From: a virus
Length of the DNA stretch: 64,000 nt
Virus record (IMG/VR): IMGVR_UViG_3300021512_000003
Location: 17,889-81,888 of that record
Direction: 5' to 3' (one strand)
Shown: positions 59,324-64,000 of the stretch, piece after piece
Numbering within the stretch: the first letter of the stretch is position 1
How the letters are laid out: each line of letters begins with the position of its first letter
Program-made: the position numbers and the translations under genes
The notes under the pieces: model-generated
What the model was told of the DNA's origin: nothing
Databases searched by the model: none
What the model saw: only the letters and a program-made list of their open reading frames with translations

Positions 59324-59542
59324 TCACTTCCTCGCAACACGCTTATAGTGTGCATTGGTTTTGTTAGTTTTTACCTTCTTCTTTGAAGTTAAGTGCCACA
59401 ACCCACACGCAGTACACGCATACGGTGCTAGGTTTTTTGCTTCCCAACGATAAGACCTTGACTTAAACTTCACAGAGACACAAAGGATCTTTACATAAAA
59501 CCTCGCATCTTTCTTTGTTTGAAAGACTATCTTATTGCACAT
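59324..59542 (-). CDS. small basic zinc-binding protein
   Basis: MCNK..F.TK..A and PYACTACGLWHLTS. Confidence 0.65.
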   Translation of the reverse strand: MCNKIVFQTKKDARFYVKILCVSVKFKSRSYRWEAKNLAPYACTACGLWHLTSKKKVKTNKTNAHYKRVARK

Positions 59543-59601
59543 AAGCCTCCAACTTGACTAGCACTCCCATTAAAAACCAGGCTCCTTCTGGGCAGCACTG
59601 C

Positions 59602-60201
59602 TCAACCACACTTACTGTTCCCACAACTGGTACATACCAAACAACCTTCGCTGAAGTGTAGCACCCCACCACATTCTGTGCAAGCCTTTCCTTCAGCCAC
59701 TTGTCCGTTCTTAATATATGCAGAGAGGAATTTCTTTAAGTGAAATATAAAACTCCCTACAAACACATCCTCAACATCATCAAGACAGGTTACAATATTC
59801 CGAACAAGAACGCCGTGTCGAAGTAATAAGCTAATACTTCGTGTTAGCTTGTCTACGTTGTTACCCTTAGCAATCTTTGCCTCTGTAGAGAGTATATGCT
59901 CTTCTAAGATGCCTTTTGACCTAGCTAAGGCAAACACCCTCTCTACGGCATCACTGGTTGTCACCGTCTTCTCTGGACTATTAGTTTGGCAGAAGAGAGC
60001 AAATGGTTGGTCGTAATTGTCTTTGTGGTAAACTGTAGTTAAATACCACTTCTTACCTTCAAACCTGAGAGTCTTCATCCTTGCAGGAGAGTCTTCAGGT
60101 AGTATTACGTTCTCTTTTATTATCTCTTCCTGTTGTGTTTCTTCTATGTCTTTGTTTATGGACACACTGGTGATCTTACCTGTTATCTGATAATTAGCCA
60201 T
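59602..60201 (-). CDS. class II ribonucleotide reductase C-terminal module (TSCPD/NrdJb-like plus zinc ribbon)
   Basis: PFALF, LTRSISLLLRHGV and CTECG...SEGCLVCTSCGNSKCG. Confidence 0.8.
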   Translation of the reverse strand: MANYQITGKITSVSINKDIEETQQEEIIKENVILPEDSPARMKTLRFEGKKWYLTTVYHKDNYDQPFALFCQTNSPEKTVTTSDAVERVFALARSKGILEEHILSTEAKIAKGNNVDKLTRSISLLLRHGVLVRNIVTCLDDVEDVFVGSFIFHLKKFLSAYIKNGQVAEGKACTECGGVLHFSEGCLVCTSCGNSKCG

Positions 60202-60520
60202 TATTCTCTCTTTTGTTGTTATGGTGTTCTAAGATTTGCTGTGCCCTCCCTAGGATAGCTGGGTGTCTTAGTGGGAGGTTAAAGCCACTAGAGCCATCCC
60301 ACCCCTCAAAGTCTTCATCGTAATACCCAATACCTTCTTTATGTTCACACTGGAGGTCACAAAGCTCATCAGCCCACCGCTGCCATGTATGGTCAGACAC
60401 TATAGAATCATCTAGGTGGTAATAGATACAAGAGTGTATCAGCATCTGTGCCCTTCTTTGCCTTATCTTCTCTTGTCTTGTTTGGTCTACATTGATAACA
60501 CACCCGCCTAAACACAACAT
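60194..60520 (-). CDS. stand-alone NAD-dependent DNA ligase domain Ia-like protein
   Basis: HSCIYYHLDDSIVSDHTW resembles the LigA YY..D.P.VSD.EYD motif. Confidence 0.65.
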   Translation of the reverse strand: MLCLGGCVINVDQTRQEKIRQRRAQMLIHSCIYYHLDDSIVSDHTWQRWADELCDLQCEHKEGIGYYDEDFEGWDGSSGFNLPLRHPAILGRAQQILEHHNNKRENNG

Positions 60521-60771
60521 TCAGTGAGGTACTTACTTTGTAGCGTAAGCCTGCACCATCTGCTCAACGTATGTTGTGTTTGTCCCTGTCATAGCTGCAA
60601 CTACATTAATAAACGCTAAAAACTTAACATCACCACTGTCCCTAGCTTCAATTAGAGTTTTTGCCATTTGCTTCAATTCTTCTGGTTTGTATTTGTCCAT
60701 AGACACACCGCTTAGTGTAGAATAAATAGGTCGCTGTTATAATGAAAAGGTATCATACTTAGTTAGAGGTT

Positions 60772-61221
60772 TTACTGTTGTATCTTAATAATCTGTTTAG
60801 GGATATGCACACCCCCGTACTCAGTAACACCTACTAACTCGAACACCTCTCCGACTAAATCCTTACCCTCACCACTAAAACCAACTAATCCGTTGACAGC
60901 ATTGCTTATAAAAGGGTCTACTGTGATAGTATTTCCTAGAATAGTGCGACAAACTAAGGTGTTCTCTTTTGTGTAGTTCTCAACAAATACTTGCAGCTTC
61001 ACACCAGTAGTGTATCTGGTCTGCTGGCTTGATAGTTCTTTACTTACCTCAGACACCTCTTCACGTAAGCTTACTACCATATCTATAGTCCCCAAAAGAA
61101 AGATAGTATTAGAGCCTCTGTAATCGCCACTACCTGCACAACGAACTCCACGCTCCTCAACCTCCAGTAAAAGATCTTTACACTTACTTGCAGGTAAGCT
61201 AGATATAGATGTTGTAGTCAT
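60772..61221 (-). CDS. hypothetical protein
   Basis: 149 aa with a GAGGA RBS. Confidence 0.55.
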   Translation of the reverse strand: MTTTSISSLPASKCKDLLLEVEERGVRCAGSGDYRGSNTIFLLGTIDMVVSLREEVSEVSKELSSQQTRYTTGVKLQVFVENYTKENTLVCRTILGNTITVDPFISNAVNGLVGFSGEGKDLVGEVFELVGVTEYGGVHIPKQIIKIQQ

Positions 61222-62256
61222 ACATCTTTCCTCTTAGTTATTAAGACATATAAGTACCAATACTCCAAACACTGTATACGGCAACAACCCGCATGTTGCT
61301 AAATCTCTTTGTGAACAAAAAGCAGATTACACAGTCGGCGCGATAGTTCTTTTGTTGTCATTCTTTCTCCAACTGTTTGCTGCTGTAGTTCCACAAGCAA
61401 CTCTTCAATTAGTACCCTCTTCCTACAAAGGAATTGTTGCTGGTACTCTTCTATGTTTTTTAGTTCCTCTGCTTCTCTCTGTGATGTTCCGTGGAATGCT
61501 ACAAAAAAGAACACAACCACAGAGATTGTGACAACCACCATAAACAGATTAAGAAAAGTCTGGACTTCCATAATAAACCTATACATCAGATTAAAGTTTG
61601 TTGTCAAGCTCACGCTGAGAACTCTGCCCTTCTGGTTGGTGCGAATCCTCCTCAAAAGTAAACTTAGTAGGAGCCTTAACTTTTATTGTAAGTGTGGCAA
61701 ATACCTCGTTACCTACAACGTAAAAATCTTCACATACACTACTCAGTAGTTCCATAATGAGCCTCTAACAAGTTAATGTTGGTGGGAGAGATGCACCTAC
61801 GTCAGCCTCTGAGTGCAGAGGAACGTCTCTCCACTCAGTTAAGATTGGGTTTTCGGCTCTTAACTCGTGGACGCTTATAACCGTCCTGTATTGTAAGATA
61901 GTCTTCCCAGTACTCTCTAACCTATAACGTAATTCAAACATAATAAGTAACTCCATGCGACACCGTACCCAAGGCGTCTACAGTTAAACCTAAACTCTAG
62001 AGGTGTGTGGTACGGCACACCTCAGCACAGTCAGCTGACTGTGGCCCGAGTCACCCTACAAAATTTAAGTAAGCTCTTTGAGTAAGGATTCTATCTTGTC
62101 TGTCTTATTTAAGAATAAAGTGAATTCTTGCTCAAAGCATTTTAATTTATCCAACATACCTAAAGCGTCCTTAACACATTGCCTTTCTGCCATTAATTGC
62201 TGTATTAGTTTAATACCTTCTTTGTCCATAATCTTTAACCTTACGTAAGTAAATGC

Positions 62257-62315
62257 TTATAACAGACTATTAAAACCGACTGCGCTGACGCTTGCGGTTT
62301 ATGGCTACGTTATAT
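62257..62315 (+). repeat. attC-like site (isolated)
   Basis: TTATAAC AGACT ATTAAAACCGACTGCG..CGCTTGCGGTTTATGGCTAC GTTATAT. Confidence 0.8.
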
Positions 62316-62443
62316 TTCTTCTAAATAAACTCTTCAATGCCATACCAGTCCAACTAAAGTACTGCTTGTGTACATATAGTGTGATTGAAAGCACACCCAG
62401 CAAGAGTATTTACTAATCACGCCTGACTTCTCTTTAAAAACCC

Positions 62444-62662
62444 TCACCAACGTCTCCAGTCAGCATAGTCACTCATCTCCACAGACACCTCTACATGCTT
62501 ACCACAATATAAGACGTATACAAACCTTATACAGGTGCTTGTAAAACTGACTTCTTGCAAGTCCCACCAAGCATCTTCACCAAAGGTGTCCAAAAAAGAC
62601 TCCTCGTTGTCAAAGATATAGTGGATCTCTTTCTCTAGTTCAGTAAGGAAGGTCGACATCAC
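62444..62662 (-). CDS. hypothetical acidic protein
   Basis: 72 aa, coupled to the endolysin stop codon. Confidence 0.55.
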   Translation of the reverse strand: MMSTFLTELEKEIHYIFDNEESFLDTFGEDAWWDLQEVSFTSTCIRFVYVLYCGKHVEVSVEMSDYADWRRW

Positions 62663-63000
62663 ATAGCACCCCAGTGAGTCATTGAGTAGTGGTTCCCGTC
62701 ATTAAAGCGACCTCCCCACCTATTATCTTCATGCTGCTCTTCCCACCAAGCACCTATTAAGGCGTGGTCTGATGTCTGCTTCAGCAAGACACCATTCTTC
62801 ATTAGGTTGATGTCTTGGGCTAGTTTAAGTTTATGGCAAGAGTTCTTATGACCGTAGCCCATCTTCTCCCCAAACTCACCGTGTACTCGCCTGTCCCTGA
62901 AGGAATCTCCTAGCCTTACATCATACCCTAGTGAGTGTATGTAGTCAAGTAAGCAAGGGAGTTGTTGTGCAAAGAGTTCTTGCTTCTTTCCTAATTTCAT
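62659..63000 (-). CDS. endolysin, peptidase M15 family (L-Ala-D-Glu peptidase-like)
   Basis: SCHKLKLAQDINL and RWGGRFNDGNHYS zinc-ligand motifs. Confidence 0.85.
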   Translation of the reverse strand: MKLGKKQELFAQQLPCLLDYIHSLGYDVRLGDSFRDRRVHGEFGEKMGYGHKNSCHKLKLAQDINLMKNGVLLKQTSDHALIGAWWEEQHEDNRWGGRFNDGNHYSMTHWGAM

Positions 63001-63001
63001 A

Positions 63002-63325
63002 TTAAGTGCCCCCTCCTTTTGAAAGGAGAAGTTCAGAAAGAATCTCTACAAGAGCCTCACTTGTTTTAATAAGACTTTCCTCCACCACTTTTTGTGTAGT
63101 CACGAAGTTAGTCAGGGCAGGCTCTCCTAGCGTAGTGAGTCTGTGGTAAAACTCATTCCAATACTTATCTGTGTCTACCCTCTTTGTGAGTTTTTTTGTT
63201 TGCTCTTGCATCTCAGCACCAGTAACACCTTTGAAGTTTAAAGCTAGGTAGATACTGTCCTCTACAAAAGTATCAAACTGAAGGACTTCTCTCAGAAGCT
63301 TCTCTGTACTTGTCACATCTTTCAT
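63002..63325 (-). CDS. hypothetical protein
   Basis: 107-aa ORF upstream of the endolysin. Confidence 0.55.
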   Translation of the reverse strand: MKDVTSTEKLLREVLQFDTFVEDSIYLALNFKGVTGAEMQEQTKKLTKRVDTDKYWNEFYHRLTTLGEPALTNFVTTQKVVEESLIKTSEALVEILSELLLSKGGGT

Positions 63326-63946
63326 AAACCCACCCTGTTACCCTTAGCCCTACCCCTTGTAAGGCTTTATCTGTAGTTGTTCTTTGGAACAGTATTGTAA
63401 CGCCTACGCGCCCTGTGTGGCGCGAGTAGAGAGGCTTGGCAAATCATTGTCGGCCCATTTGAGCATCTACTTATTTCGCTTGCCTGCGCAGACGGTGGCA
63501 AGGCTCCGATTGCACACCACCAGGAACCCCCAGCGATCGACCCCTACGCTGGGTCATGCAATTCTGTATATTCTCTGCTATATTGCTTGCACAGAATGTA
63601 TAGTTTGAGCGTGTGCTCCGTTCCACTTAAAAGAGTATGCAGTCAAACCTTGTTCACTGGCAGCTCTCACTGCAGGTGATTTGTCCTCGTACAAAATGTC
63701 AGTGCAAAGATCATCAAAACGTCTCATCCCTTCTATCCAGAAAAATAGAACATAGGAAATACATTACAACAGTATCTATCTCGTTCTTAACCCTTGCTGT
63801 TCTAACACTGACATTAGGTCATAGAGTTCAACATACGTCCAAACAGCATGTATCCCCAGAATAATTATGCAGCCAAGAAAAATCAACTGCTGTAAGTAGT
63901 AATAATCTTTCACCTGTAAGCACCCCACCAATTAATATATAAACGA

Positions 63947-64000
63947 ACATAACAAGGCCATTAAATCCGACAGCGTAGCTGCGGTTTATGGCTACGTTAT
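63947..64000 (+). repeat. attC-like site at the window edge
   Basis: ACATAAC AAGGCCATTAAATCCGACAGC GTA GCTGCGGTTTATGGCTAC GTTAT; right arm identical to that of 62257. Confidence 0.85.

Noticed and set aside
1-64000. Integrase (IntI or other tyrosine/serine recombinase), terminase, portal, tRNA genes
   Set aside because: No ORF shows the R-H-x-x-R-Y or serine recombinase motifs, and no tRNA cloverleaf was recognised. These may lie outside the window.

Overview
This window is a 64-kb segment of a dsDNA myovirus genome with no host genes. 1-23.5 kb (+) holds the head, contractile tail, baseplate, fibre and holin/spanin genes. 23.5-44.4 kb (-) holds nucleotide metabolism and T7-like replication genes: exonuclease, family A DNA polymerase, and a primase-helicase split by a group I intron carrying an HNH gene. 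44.6-56 kb (+) holds small early-type genes with sigma70 promoters, a DNA methylase, a radical SAM enzyme and an HD protein. 56-64 kb (-) is accessory: ClpP-like protein, NrdJ C-terminal module, M15 endolysin. The main result is a phage-borne integron-like system. About 18 attC-like hairpins (15 complete, 3 decayed) delimit mostly single-gene cassettes in three arrays (about 31.0-32.0, 39.5-43.4 and 57.4-59.3 kb), plus two more sites near the right edge. Each array starts at a conserved ~55-bp attI-like site that ends at the GTT crossover and has a perfect IHF consensus starting exactly 50 bp upstream. The cassette genes lie antisense to the canonical attC orientation, in line with the phage leftward operons. 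One cassette looks like a type I toxin-antitoxin locus. No integrase is visible in the window. All calls come from reading the sequence by eye; no searches were run.
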